Position numbers and translations under genes: made by a program. From Elsinoe ampelina (Eukaryota), in assembly GCA_010093995.1 (NCBI GenBank), contig ML992508.1, forward strand, positions 1,210,282 to 1,274,281: a DNA stretch of 64,000 nt, in the 5' to 3' direction. The notes under the pieces are model-generated. The model was not told the origin of the DNA. It saw nothing but the letters and a program-made list of their open reading frames with translations, and searched no databases. Below are positions 34,220 to 45,443 of this stretch, in pieces (positions within the stretch are counted from its first letter, which is position 1; each line of letters opens with the position of its first letter).

Positions 34220-36859
34220 ATGTCGACCGACGGAGAAGGCGACACGACCATGTTGGACCATGAGGGTGAAGAGGACAAAAGCATGGCATCCGACGATATG
34301 GAGGCGAAGTACCCAAACAGGCCTCGAAACCATTCTGCAACCCTGCCCTTCCATGAGTTGATAACGTTATTCTTTGTTCCTCTGCAACAGAACAAACACA
34401 AGCCGAAAGGACCAGTACTGAACAGAAAGAAGATTGGGCCCCATGCGCAGTCAACCTCGGTAAACGACATTCGCAACAGCATCATTGATCGCTTCATCGA
34501 CAAATGGAAGAAACAAGTGGGCCCTGACATCTATCCCGCCTTCCGTCTCATAATGCCTGACAAAGATCGAGATCGAGCCATGTATGGTTTGAAGGAGATG
34601 AGTCTGGGTAAGCTTATCGTGCGTATGCTCAAGATCACAAAAGAGTCAGACGATGCGAAGAGCTTGACGAACTGGAAGTATGGTAACAAGGCAACTATGG
34701 CCGGAGACTTTGCAGGTCGATGTTATGAAGTCATCAAGCAACGCCCATTCAAGTCGGATTTTGGCAAGCTTACTGTTGGCGATGTCAACGAAATGCTGGA
34801 TGAGCTATCTGCAGCACAGCGCGAAGAGCATCAACTCCCTATCATGGAGCGTTTCTACAAACAGATGAACCCAGAGGAGCTCTTGTGGTTGATACGAATG
34901 ATCCTGCGCCAGATGAAGATTGGCGCAACCGAAAAAACAATTCTGGAGCGGTGGCATACGGACGCTGATACACTGTTCAACGTTTCGTCCAGCCTACGGC
35001 GTGTCTGCTGGGAACTGCATGACGACAAGATCAAGCTGAGTGACGACCAGTCAGGACTGACCTTGATGCAATGTTTCCAGCCGCAATTGGCAGCTTTCCA
35101 GATGCGATCAATGGAGAAGATGGTCGAGAAGATGAAGTTATCGGAAGAAGATCCTGTGTTCTGGATCGAAGAGAAGCTCGACGGCGAACGCATGCAGCTT
35201 CACATGGTCGAAGATGATACCAAACCTGGAGGAAAGAGATTCGGCTTCTGGTCTCGGAAAGCAAAAGACTATGCATACCTCTATGGCAACAATTTCGAGG
35301 ATCCAAATGGCGCACTCACTCGGTACCTGAAAGGCGCATTCCACGAAGGCGTTCGCAACATCATCTTAGACGGTGAGATGATGACGTGGGATCCGAGTGA
35401 GGGGACCTACGTCCCTTTCGGACACTTGAAGACTGCGGCTCTGAACGAACAAAAGAACCAATACGCAAACGGTACGAGGCCATTTCTGGTTGTCTTCGAC
35501 TGTTTGTATCTGAACGACAAACCATTGACCGGCTATCCGCTGCGAAGTCGCCGGGAGGCTTTGGAAAAGAGTCTGATCAACGTCGAGAAGAGGATTGAAA
35601 AGCATACGTACACGGAAGCATGCACAGCAGCAGAGATTGAGCCAATTCTCCGCAAATGCGTCGAGGACTCTACGGAGGGTCTTGTACTGAAGAACCCAAG
35701 ATCCATCTACCAATTAAACACGAGGAACGATGACTGGATGAAGGTAAAGCCCGAGTATATGACAGAGTTTGGCGACAACCTAGATTGTATCGTCATCGGC
35801 GGCTATTATGGCACAGGAAAGAGAGGAGGCATGCTTTCCAGTTTCTTATGTGGGCTGAAACCATCCGCGAACCAGCTCCTACAGGAGGATTTTACGCCGA
35901 CCACCTGCCTCTCATTCTTCAAGGTTGGAGGCGGCATATCCGCAGGAGACTATCAAGAGATCCGACATTTGACAGATGGCAAGTGGATCCCGTGGAACGT
36001 CAAGAACCCGCCGTCAGAGATCAAGCTCGGGGGAGGGACCGCTCGGCAGTATGAACGTCCCGACATGTGGATCAAGGCTGAGGAGTCAATTGTGTTCGAG
36101 GTCAAGGCTGCATCCGTACACTACACTGATCAATTTGCGTTTGGCAGCACTTTACGATTCCCACGGTTCAAGCGCATAAGAAAAGACAAAGACTTCCATT
36201 CAGCACTGTCTGTCGATGAGTTCAAGTTACTGAACGAAAGAGCAAAGGAAGAGAGGGCAGAAAAGCAATTCCAGATCGATGACGCTCGTCGGAAAAAGAG
36301 AAGCACGAAGAGGACAAAGCGGGAGATGGTTGTGGCCGGACAGGATGAGCAGGTCCATGCTTTCGCCGGTCCGAAGACGAGCATCTTCGACGATATGACA
36401 TTCTTCGTTTTGTCAGAGCAGCTGAAGCCTAGAACGAGCAAAGCGGACCTGGAAGCAATGATCAAAGCCAATGGAGGCAGGATCGTCCAGACAGAGCGAG
36501 ATGGAAAGACAATCGTTATCTCCGACAGGAACGTGGTCAAAGCTGCGGCAATCAAGAAGACTGGACAGCGTCTGGTCATTCGACCAAAGTGGCTCTATGA
36601 TTGTATCCGCCAAGCTGAAGCGGACATTGGTCATGATCAATATATCTTGCCCTACGAACCCAACCACATTCTTTCTGGACCTGACGACCAAATCCGCAAG
36701 CTCGAGCGCAGTCTTGATCGATTCAACGATAGCTACACCAGAGATGTCACCGTCGCAGAGCTCATGGTCCTACTCGACAGCATGAACGGGGACGATTTAG
36801 ACATCGAATCTGGCTCCGAGTCACTGATTGAGATACGACAACTGTTGGAGGCCTCCTGA
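34220..36859 (+). CDS. LIG4: DNA ligase IV (only one BRCT domain)
   Basis: DRDRAMYGLKE, EEKLDGERMQLH (active Lys), SRKAKDY, ILDGEM, EGLVLK, WMKVKPEY, TLRFPR, BRCT near aa 725-810. Confidence 0.95.
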   Translation: MSTDGEGDTTMLDHEGEEDKSMASDDMEAKYPNRPRNHSATLPFHELITLFFVPLQQNKHKPKGPVLNRKKIGPHAQSTSVNDIRNSIIDRFIDKWKKQVGPDIYPAFRLIMPDKDRDRAMYGLKEMSLGKLIVRMLKITKESDDAKSLTNWKYGNKATMAGDFAGRCYEVIKQRPFKSDFGKLTVGDVNEMLDELSAAQREEHQLPIMERFYKQMNPEELLWLIRMILRQMKIGATEKTILERWHTDADTLFNVSSSLRRVCWELHDDKIKLSDDQSGLTLMQCFQPQLAAFQMRSMEKMVEKMKLSEEDPVFWIEEKLDGERMQLHMVEDDTKPGGKRFGFWSRKAKDYAYLYGNNFEDPNGALTRYLKGAFHEGVRNIILDGEMMTWDPSEGTYVPFGHLKTAALNEQKNQYANGTRPFLVVFDCLYLNDKPLTGYPLRSRREALEKSLINVEKRIEKHTYTEACTAAEIEPILRKCVEDSTEGLVLKNPRSIYQLNTRNDDWMKVKPEYMTEFGDNLDCIVIGGYYGTGKRGGMLSSFLCGLKPSANQLLQEDFTPTTCLSFFKVGGGISAGDYQEIRHLTDGKWIPWNVKNPPSEIKLGGGTARQYERPDMWIKAEESIVFEVKAASVHYTDQFAFGSTLRFPRFKRIRKDKDFHSALSVDEFKLLNERAKEERAEKQFQIDDARRKKRSTKRTKREMVVAGQDEQVHAFAGPKTSIFDDMTFFVLSEQLKPRTSKADLEAMIKANGGRIVQTERDGKTIVISDRNVVKAAAIKKTGQRLVIRPKWLYDCIRQAEADIGHDQYILPYEPNHILSGPDDQIRKLERSLDRFNDSYTRDVTVAELMVLLDSMNGDDLDIESGSESLIEIRQLLEAS

Positions 36860-36892
36860 GTGATGCGAGCTGATAGTTTCGGCGGCCCCAAG

Positions 36893-38028
36893 TCACACCG
36901 TGAGGCGCAAGATTTCGACAGCGTTGCCGCCCATGATGGATTCTTGCGCTTCTTCATCGTCTCCCAGCGCAGCCTTTACAGCTTCGGAGTTGAGCTTGAC
37001 ACTGAGCCATTCGCCTCCATCCTTCTCGTCGAGTGGTGGAAAAAATGGATGGTCAGTACCTGCATCATGATTAATGACGATTTTGATACCCCAACAGATA
37101 GATACCCACCAAAGAGCAATCTTTCCTTTCCACTCGCCTTGATCGCTGCCTCCAGCCCAACGGTGTTATAGATGACAGCGTCTAACAGGATGTTTTCTCG
37201 AAGAATTTGCCACACCTTACGTCGGCCCTCGATCTTACCCTCTTCCTTCAAATGTCCATCATGTTCGATGCAGCTCTCGATCCTACCAGCCAAGAACGGT
37301 AGAGTCCCTCCTGAATGAGCGATCAGGACTTTCAATCCCTTGAATCGATCCCACACACCACTGAGCAACATCCTCGTCACCGCAATCGTCGTCTCGAGGG
37401 GGAAGCCTAGAGCGAGCGGCAAAACATGGCCATACTCACTTGCTCTCGGTCCATACAAGCTCGTCGGCAAACCATAATGCGGATGCAGAAACACGACCTG
37501 TTGCGTCTTCTGTAATGCCTCCCACACTGGATCCAGCGCCGGATCATCCAACCCCTGACCTAACCCCGACGTCCCAATAATCACGCCTCGCATGTAGGCC
37601 ATACCACCCAACCTCTCCACCTCCGCCACAATTTCCTCCGCAGTCCCACTCAACGGTAAGGTCCCGAAAGCAAACAACCTTCCCTTATGCCGCGCACAAG
37701 TAGCATTCACATCATCGTTGATCAACTTCGCCGTACTCGCAGCCTCGGACGGAGGTAGCCAATCCAGCCACGGATTCGCGAGGGAGATGACGCTGATATC
37801 AATGCCGTGGGCGTCCATGAAGCGGAGTTTCTCGTTGATGTCATAGTATTCTGGTCCGATGGGGCGGCCGCGGGAAGTGGAGGCGGTATCTTCTGCGGGC
37901 AGGATGACGAGACGGTCTTGCCCTGGTGTTTCGGGGGATTGAAGGATGTAAGGAACTTGGGAGCGGGAGGAGAGGAGGGCGTGGTAGGCTGGGGGGTAGA
38001 CGTGGGTGTGGATGTCGACTACGGGCAT
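36893..38028 (-). CDS. Uracil-5-carboxylate (isoorotate) decarboxylase, amidohydrolase family
   Basis: VDIHTHVYP, SRGRPIG, ISLANPW, FLHPHYG, GHVLPLALGFPLETT, AHSGGTLPFLAGR. Intron 37060-37109 restores FGTDHPFFPP and moves the stop to 36893. Confidence 0.92.
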
Positions 38029-38407
38029 GGTGGCGGTGGGAAGGGTTTGTGGGGATGAAGGGATGGTTGTGGTTTGAGAAGTGGCGGGTTCCTCAAGACT
38101 CTCTAATGGCAGGCCGAGAGAGAGCAACTGAAGACTTGCTTATGCAATCGGCTTCAAAATTTCCAAGTGTGGTTATATTCTGTCGAAATTGTACCTGCAT
38201 CGGTGCTGGCCGATGTGCCCCGCCATGTCAACGATAAGGGACCATATGCCCCGCACCGCCTATCTGTACCACCACTTTACTTACCCAAAACTGAAGTGTA
38301 AAGCTAACGTTTGACCGACTATGTCCGACGGGTGAAATATAGTCTCCCTTCCAAGTCATTCCCTCACAATCTCCCTTCGTCGACCAATTGCCTGCACACC
38401 ACCCACC

Positions 38408-39517
38408 ATGGCACAAGAAGCAGTCACCTCCGCAGTCTCCTCCGACAACCTCGAAATCCCCGTACGTGCCCCCAGCTCCCCCCACCACCGCCCCGACTAA
38501 CCCTCCCAGCTCATCGACTTCTCCACCTTCCTCAGCGGCCCTCCCGAGCAACGCAAGACCACCGCCGACGCCATCCTCTCCGGCTTCCAACGCGCCGGCT
38601 TCATCTACCTGCGCAATCACGGCATCCCACGCCCCGACATCAAGCGCACCTTCGCCGAATCCGCCTCCTTCTTCGCCCGCCCCAAAGCCGAGAAGGACAA
38701 GCTAGCATGGACCACTCCGCGTGCCAACAGAGGGTACTCCGCGCAAGGGCAGGAGAAAGTCACCGACGCCACGGATCCCGAGGAGATTAAGCGGATACGA
38801 GAAGCTGAAGGGGAGGATCTGAAGGAGACGATGGAGATTGGGCGGGAAGGGGAGGAGGGGTTGCCGAATCATTGGCCTGAGGGGGAGGGGGAGTGGAAGG
38901 AGTGGATGTTGGGGTTTTTTGATAAGTGCAAGGGGTTGCATGTGGAGGTTATGAGGGCGATTGCGGTGGGGTTGGGGATTGAGGAGGGGTGGTTTGATCA
39001 GTATTGTGATGGAGGGGATAATACGTTGAGGCTGTTGCATTATCCGGCGGTGAGCAGTGAGGTGTTTAAGAAGAATCCGATCAAGGTGAGGGCGGGGGCG
39101 CATACGGATTATGGTGAGTCTGGACAGGAGGGGTTGGGAGTAGAGCTAACATGGGCAGGATCGATAACGCTGCTCTTCCAGGACAATCGCGGTGGGTTGC
39201 AGGTGCAGTCGCCCAACGGCAACTTCATCAATGCCACGCCGATTGAGGATACGATTGTGGTGAATGCGGGAGATCTGTTGGCGAGGTGGTCGAATGACAC
39301 TATCAAGTCTACCAAGCACAGGGTCATGGAGCCACCGAACTCAGATCCGAACGAGGCGATGAGGCCGGCCAGGTACAGCATTGCGTACTTTTGCAATCCG
39401 AACTTTGAGAAGTTCATCGATGCGATACCGGGTACGTACGACGATGTGAGGGCCAAGAAGTATGAGGGCGTGAATAGCGGGGATTATCTTGTAAGGCGAT
39501 TGACTGCGACATATTGA
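38408..39517 (+). CDS. Thymine-7-hydroxylase-like 2OG-Fe(II) dioxygenase
   Basis: IPLIDFS, GFIYLRNHGI, NRGYS..GQEKVT, DLKETMEIGRE, LRLLHYP, HTDYGSITLLFQD, STKHRV, RYSIAYF. Introns 38462-38509 and 39114-39158. Adjacent to the decarboxylase. Confidence 0.87.
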
Positions 39518-39788
39518 TATGGATCACTACTGTCTGTTTGGTATCTTAGCGAAAAGCCATTTCGAGTACTTCACCAAAAATGTATATGCTCAGTCACGTC
39601 AAGAAACGAGAGAAAAAATGCATTCGCAATTGCTGAACTGCATGCTCGAATGACAGAGCAATCTGTACCGAGGATGATGTTCTTGGGGCAAGTTCTACCG
39701 ATGGAGCTTCAACGTCGTCTCAAGAATTTCTGGCGAGTAAATGTTGTCATTGCATTCCTCGGTCGATTGAAACAATCCAAGCGTCCAG

Positions 39789-40814
39789 ATGGCTTCACAC
39801 GGCAGATCTCATGCTCGAGCTCTGTTTGAAACTTTTGTACGGCCACTCCTGGTCTCTCAGACACAACGTGCTCCACTCCTGTCGAAAGTATCGATCCCTC
39901 ACACTCGCGCACCATGCTCGCACCGAATCCGACACTTCTCCAGCACACCTATCAATCTCAAAGGACCGACCAAACGCTCCGTCAAGCCCAAGACTGCCCC
40001 GGTCGCTCTCTCAAACGAGTCCATTCCCGCCCGCCAAGTCCGCGTCGTCGATCCCACCACCAACGACCTCGGCCCCCTCATCACCCGCCGCTCCGCCCTC
40101 CAAGACATCGACCCCGACAAAGAGCGCCTCGTCTGCGTCACCAAAGTGCCCCGCTACATCTCCCCCTCAGACCCACAATACGACGAAATCGCCTCCAACT
40201 ACGAGTACATAATCCGCCATCACCTCGCGCAGCAAAAACGCTTCGGCACCCCCTCCTCCCCTCGCGATGAGCTTTCCGCCCTCGAAGACTCCGCGGACGA
40301 AGAAGATGACATCGACGAAGACGACATCCAAGCCGCCCGCCGCGCGCCTGCGCTCTACGTCCCCCTCCACCGAGGAGCGGGCTACATCCGCCTCCCGAAC
40401 GGCGAAGACTGGATCCCTGTGTGCAAGGTGGAGAACAAAGCCGAAGCTGCGGCGAAGCTACGCGCTCAGGAAGCTGCGCGGAAAGAGCAGAAGAAGCTTG
40501 CGCCGGAGGGGGTGAAGATTATTGAGTTGAACTGGGCGATTGCCGAGGGGGATCTGGGTCATAGACTCAAGAAGGTGGAGGAGTTTCTGGCTGGGAGGAG
40601 GAGGGTGGAGGTTGTGATTGCGCCGAAGAGGAGGGGGAAGAAGGCGAGTATGGAGGAGGCGGAGGGGATGTTGAAGAGGGTGAGGGAGGCGGTGGCGAGG
40701 GTGGAGGGGGCGAGGGAGACGAGGCCTATGCAAGGGCAAGTGGGAGGGGTGGTGAGTTTGTTGGTGGAGGGGAAGAGGGGGAAGGAGGCCGTGGCGGTAG
40801 CGGAACAGGGGTAG
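39789..40814 (+). CDS. Mitochondrial translation initiation factor IF-3
   Basis: Presequence, NESIPARQVRVVD N-domain, PVCK, C-domain KIIELNWAIAEGDLGHRLKKVEEFL..RRVEV. Confidence 0.82.
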   Translation: MASHGRSHARALFETFVRPLLVSQTQRAPLLSKVSIPHTRAPCSHRIRHFSSTPINLKGPTKRSVKPKTAPVALSNESIPARQVRVVDPTTNDLGPLITRRSALQDIDPDKERLVCVTKVPRYISPSDPQYDEIASNYEYIIRHHLAQQKRFGTPSSPRDELSALEDSADEEDDIDEDDIQAARRAPALYVPLHRGAGYIRLPNGEDWIPVCKVENKAEAAAKLRAQEAARKEQKKLAPEGVKIIELNWAIAEGDLGHRLKKVEEFLAGRRRVEVVIAPKRRGKKASMEEAEGMLKRVREAVARVEGARETRPMQGQVGGVVSLLVEGKRGKEAVAVAEQG

Positions 40815-40855
40815 GGTGAGAGGTGGTGTATAGTACATGTATATATTGTGGCTAA

Positions 40856-41917
40856 TTATGCTCGGAGGCGGGATGGAAGATGGTGCTTTTGCCGCCAGCT
40901 CGCGAGGAGGGACCGCGTTTTCAGATCGTGTGTGTGTCGCTCGAAGATCTTCTGGAGGGCTTTGAGCTCGACAATGACTCTGCCTCCTTCGAGGAGGTTT
41001 TTGACGTCAACTTCGTCGATGGTCTTGCATGTTCCGTAATTCTTGCTCAGGATTTGCCAGCCTTCTTCGTTGCTCCTGACTGCGCTCCAGAGGTTGTCGC
41101 GCTTTTCCTTTGTTACAATCAAGCTTCCTCCGTTGCCGGACCCCCAGCCGTTCCATCTGAACATCTCGCTGACCCATCGCGCGCCGCCTGGTCCAAGCCT
41201 GTCGATCTCCGCATCGCCCTCTAATACGACGAGCTCGCCTCTTCGATACCGGTAGCTCAGCGCCGTCCGCCATGCAATGTCGTATATTTTCTTGGGCAGA
41301 TCGGTCGCAAAACTCCTCGGTTTCGGGCCGAAAGCCACACCACCGCCTCTCAACATCGGACTCTGCTTGTTGCCGAGACGCGCCATACCCGATCCCTTCT
41401 GCGGTCTGATCTTCCGGTGCGAGCCATGCACTTCGTACCTAGTCTTCGTGTTCGCGGTGCCTTGGCGGGTTCGGTCGCCCTCGTAGATGACGGCTTTGTG
41501 GAGGATGTCTCGTCGTAGTGGGAGGAGGAGATGTGAGCCTAGGAAGGCGGTCGTAGCTACTGGTTTGTAGTCTGGGAAAGAGTAGAGGGTGACGGGGGCT
41601 TCGGTCAGGAAGGGATTAGCTGGTTGTGGGTTGAGGTCCAGTGGAGTCTTCGGTGTCGCATTTGGTCGGGCGACAGGATTTGCTGATGTAGTGAGCTCAG
41701 GAGGTATCGCTGCTGAGCTGGAGGCTTCAATCGGAGGCTGTGAACTTGCTTGTGTGGCTGTTGTCAGTGTGCGGATTGGCAGAAGTGCAGGTCGCTGTCG
41801 GGGTTAGCTTGCTGAGGCACTTCACGCGGGCGCGACTCTCACCAATGAGTGGCGACATGACTGGCAGATACCTCCAGCTAAAGAGCTCAGCGAGCCCTTC
41901 ATTCGCTTTGATGCCAT
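40856..41917 (-). CDS. YML6: Mitochondrial ribosomal protein uL4m
   Basis: PLRRDILHKAVIYEGDRTRQGTANTKTRYEVHGSHRKIRPQKGSGMARLG..SPMLRGGGVAFGPKPR. First exon MASKRMKG..., intron ~41795-41842. Confidence 0.92.
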
Positions 41918-42068
41918 TGGAGATCGGACCGGACTTCTAATATTAATGGTGCTGGAAAGGAAAGGCAAATGTCAGTGTCGAAATACCAGAACGCCAAGCC
42001 AGCGGAGAAAAAGTTGAGGCTTCGGAGCGCTCGACCTCTCGACCTCCTGCAAACAACAAGGATTAGCG

Positions 42069-43367
42069 ATGTCGCTCTCACGAAGCGGATGGCGCTGTCT
42101 GAGATGCACGAGACTATCCGAGTCCTCGCTCAGTGCTGCAGGCTACGCGCAGGCACGGCAGCTGTCGTACACTTCAGCACGTAGTGAGGAAGTGCAAACA
42201 GATCCCTCGTCATCCTCGAAACCACTTCTCGACCCAGCACTTGTACATACGCCGCGACTGGAACGAAAGCTTCTTCGAGAGACGAATCAAACTCCAATCG
42301 GCAGCAGGAGAAGACGAGCAGCCCTACGCAATGCTCAGCAACAACTCCCTTTCGAGCAACTACCGTATCAGTGCTTTCAAGAGGCGCGCAAAATATTGGC
42401 AGAGGATCGAGCAGAGAAATTGGAGGCAATTGAATCGACAAGAGCTAGGATTGAGCGCGTAAAGGCGCAACAAGTCGATGCTCAGAATATTGGCTCGAAA
42501 GAGAGGAACCTGATCAGCTTGGAACAACGATTGGAGAAGCTGAAGGTATTGGCGGACATCAACGATCCTCTAGTGAAGAGGAACTTTGAGGATGGTACAG
42601 GTGAGAGAACAGGCATTGTGCTTGACTGAGCTCTTCTAACTTTGGCAGGCGATTTGAACAAGCCAGTCTATCGGCACCTGGCAGAGCAGAAATGGAGATC
42701 ATACACAAGGGCGGTGAATGTGCAGAGGATAGAGCAATTTCATTTGGTTCCAGACATCTTACAAGCGCTGGATCCTGTGGTGCAGGTGGACGTCTTGTTC
42801 GGCAAGCGAAAGGTCGATCCTGGAGAGTACATCGAATCATATACGAGCGAGCGAGTACCCTCGATCAACATCCAGTCGTTTTCGAAAGAGCCACGACTTG
42901 TCACGGTGGCCTGCATCAATCCCGACGTACCGAATGTGGCCAAGGATGGCTTCGACTTCAGATGTCATTTCCTTGCTCACAACATTGAGATTACCCCAAC
43001 ACAGCCGCTCATACATCTCGGCGCTCTCGCAGAAGATCAGACTGTCCTTCCCTGGCTTCCGGCATACAATCAGAAAGGCGCGCCTTACCACCGTATGTCC
43101 TTCTTCGTTCTCGAGCAGCCGGAGGGATTGAAGCTGGATGTGCAGGCAACCAAGAAGAAGGCAAAAAGAGAGGGTTTCGCTTTACGGTCCATCGTTGATC
43201 GACACAGGCTGAAGCCAATTGGAGGAACGCTGTTCAGAAGTCAATGGGATGCTGGGACTGCACAAATTATGAAGAAGCTGGGCATACCGGGCCACGATGT
43301 TGAGTTCAAGAGGATGAAGATTGAGCCGCTACCTTACAAGAAATTGCCTGGATCCAGGTACAGGTAG
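42069..43367 (+). CDS. MRPL35: Mitochondrial ribosomal protein mL38 (PEBP domain)
   Basis: PIGSRRRRAAL, PFEQLPYQCFQEARKIL, ADINDPLVK..FEDG.GDLNKPVYRHLA, NPDVPN, KGAPYHR. Intron 42601-42648. Confidence 0.92.
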
Positions 43368-43628
43368 ACTCGGCAATCATGTATCATTATATTTCTCTGC
43401 TATCGCATTTCCGAAGTTGTGGCTGCCTGCACTGGGAGGAGCAAGACTCGGTTGAATCATTAGCGCTCACTTCACCTCACCTCACTTCACGCTCTTTCCA
43501 GCTTCAGCACCTTTGTGCTCACCCACCACTGACTTCGAGACATGCTACTGACTGTAGTTTCACTCAATGTAGCTGTCATTGTACTGCTATTTGTAATTCA
43601 CAAACCCACGAGATTGCACAGACTTGCA

Positions 43629-45228
43629 ATGGCTGCACCAACCACGATCCAAGTTGCGCTTGCGTTCGCTCTTGTCAGATCACGACCAGATGATCTAGCA
43701 CTGGATGGTATCGATCATGTCATGTCGTTACGTCTCAGTCGCTAACCAAGCCTGTCAGACTATTTAGCGATACTACAGCGCACTCTAATAACCCATACCG
43801 GAACCGATCAGCCTGCAGCGGAGCTCAACGCCCCTCGCTTCTTGCAGAGCGAGTGCACTAGACTACGTACACAACTGAAAGCAGCACAGTTGGAGATCAG
43901 CCAATTACGGGCGACATGTACAAGCGACCTCCGACTGGATAAAACTGCTGGGATGGAGAACACGAGTAGAGACATGGCGACGGCTTCGAGTCACTCCGCT
44001 ACAAAACGTCGCAGGACTACGCGAGGAAGTACAGCAAATGTGGAGTTTGAAGCTGCAGAGATTCCTCATCTTGAGTCTTCAACATCTCTAGGCAACCAAG
44101 CGGGTAAGAGAGGTCGCACGCTGATAAGTGTCTATGCTGAACCACGTAGTGACCTCACTCAGTGCATGGATTGGAGAATTACGCATCTACCAGAAAAGAT
44201 CAGAAGTTGACGTCAATCATCTCTCGCGGTTGCTTTCTCGAAGTCTGGCGGGGATCAAAGACCATCTGGATGCCATTAGCAACAGCCTGCAGAAGTCCTG
44301 CGAAACAGATCCAGAGGGGTCGATCACGCTGAACAGTCTTCGAGGGCTAGCACGAGCGATTGCTATTTGCGTTCAATCATACGATCAGCTGGACCTGCTA
44401 CACTTCGACGATACTCTGCGGGCGAAGGTCATCTACAACTTCGGATCCATATGTTCAAGCACACTCGATACATTGGCCATAGCAACACGCCTCAGGACGG
44501 AACAGGAAGCGTCAGCTCCCGCCGAGAACTATCAACCACAGACCAAAAGGAAGAGAAAGCAAACTGGGAGTAGCCAGTCGCTTGACGGTCTCAAGAAAGT
44601 GGAGAACGGACTTCACCAGCTGCTGCTTAGCATTTTGCACTGCTTAGACTCCACAAAACAACACCACACACCGCTGTACGAAGCTTTACTGCACTTCATC
44701 GTAGTCGATATGGGACTGGCTCTCCGCACGTTGACAGATCTACCCGATGCACTGGTAACCAACGCACAAGGGACGGACAAGGCTCAGCAGCATGCTCTGG
44801 TCCATGGCAACCACCTCCTTCCTATCCTGCGCACCGCACTCGAAAGAGCGCCCCGTTCATTCCGTGTCAATCCAGCATCAGTGAACACACTTTCTCATCC
44901 CCCTGTTTCCGGCCTGACCCTTGACCTCAAAGACCGCCACAATCTGGCGACGCCCGTCCTTGCTAAGCTCCAAAGGACCCTTGTTGCAGCGACCATGTGG
45001 GATGCCTCCCCTCTTGATCAGGCAGCTGAGTACCTCGACAAGCCTACCATGCCCGAGCCGCTACCAGAAGCAGGTGGGGCAAAGTCGAAGAAGAAAAAGA
45101 CCGAGGACGCTCTCAACCCAGCAGAGACATTGCAGGTTGGTGTCTTTGAGTGTTTGGGGTGGGAGATTCTGGCCTATGAAGGGAAGTTGTCGGACTTCCT
45201 AGACGAGGGTACCGTAGCAATCCAATGA
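43629..45228 (+). CDS. ~500-aa helical protein, putative Mei4/Rec24 meiotic DSB factor, 3 exons
   Basis: Introns 43708-43758 and 44104-44149 join three ORFs in frame. N-terminus IQVALAFALVRSRPDDLALDDYLAILQRTL, then a coiled coil and Leu-rich helices. Confidence 0.6.
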
Positions 45229-45443
45229 CATTGGGGAAATGGCACGGCAAAGGGCGAATGTGCTCGAAACAACAAACGAACACTGTATGACTATCCTGCA
45301 GGGGTATAGACTTCATCCATAGAAACGTCCAACATCTCGAATGCACCGTAGCTCCGTCACAGCTTCTCAAACGCCATCGCCATGCATCGAAAGAATCTTC
45401 CCCCCCCTTCTCTCAACCCCCCTCATGTACCGGCACACCCAGC

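Noticed and set aside
36976..37109. ORF-track C-terminus of the decarboxylase (GGYLSVGVSK...)
   Set aside because: Read-through of intron 37060-37109. Splicing restores the conserved GTDHPF motif.
24806..39517. Possible DNA repair/demethylation cluster (Tdp1-like, LIG4, T7H, IDCase)
   Set aside because: It is interrupted by unrelated genes (VAC8, decarboxylase, IRS4-like), and T7H/IDCase act on free bases. There is no evidence of a joint system.
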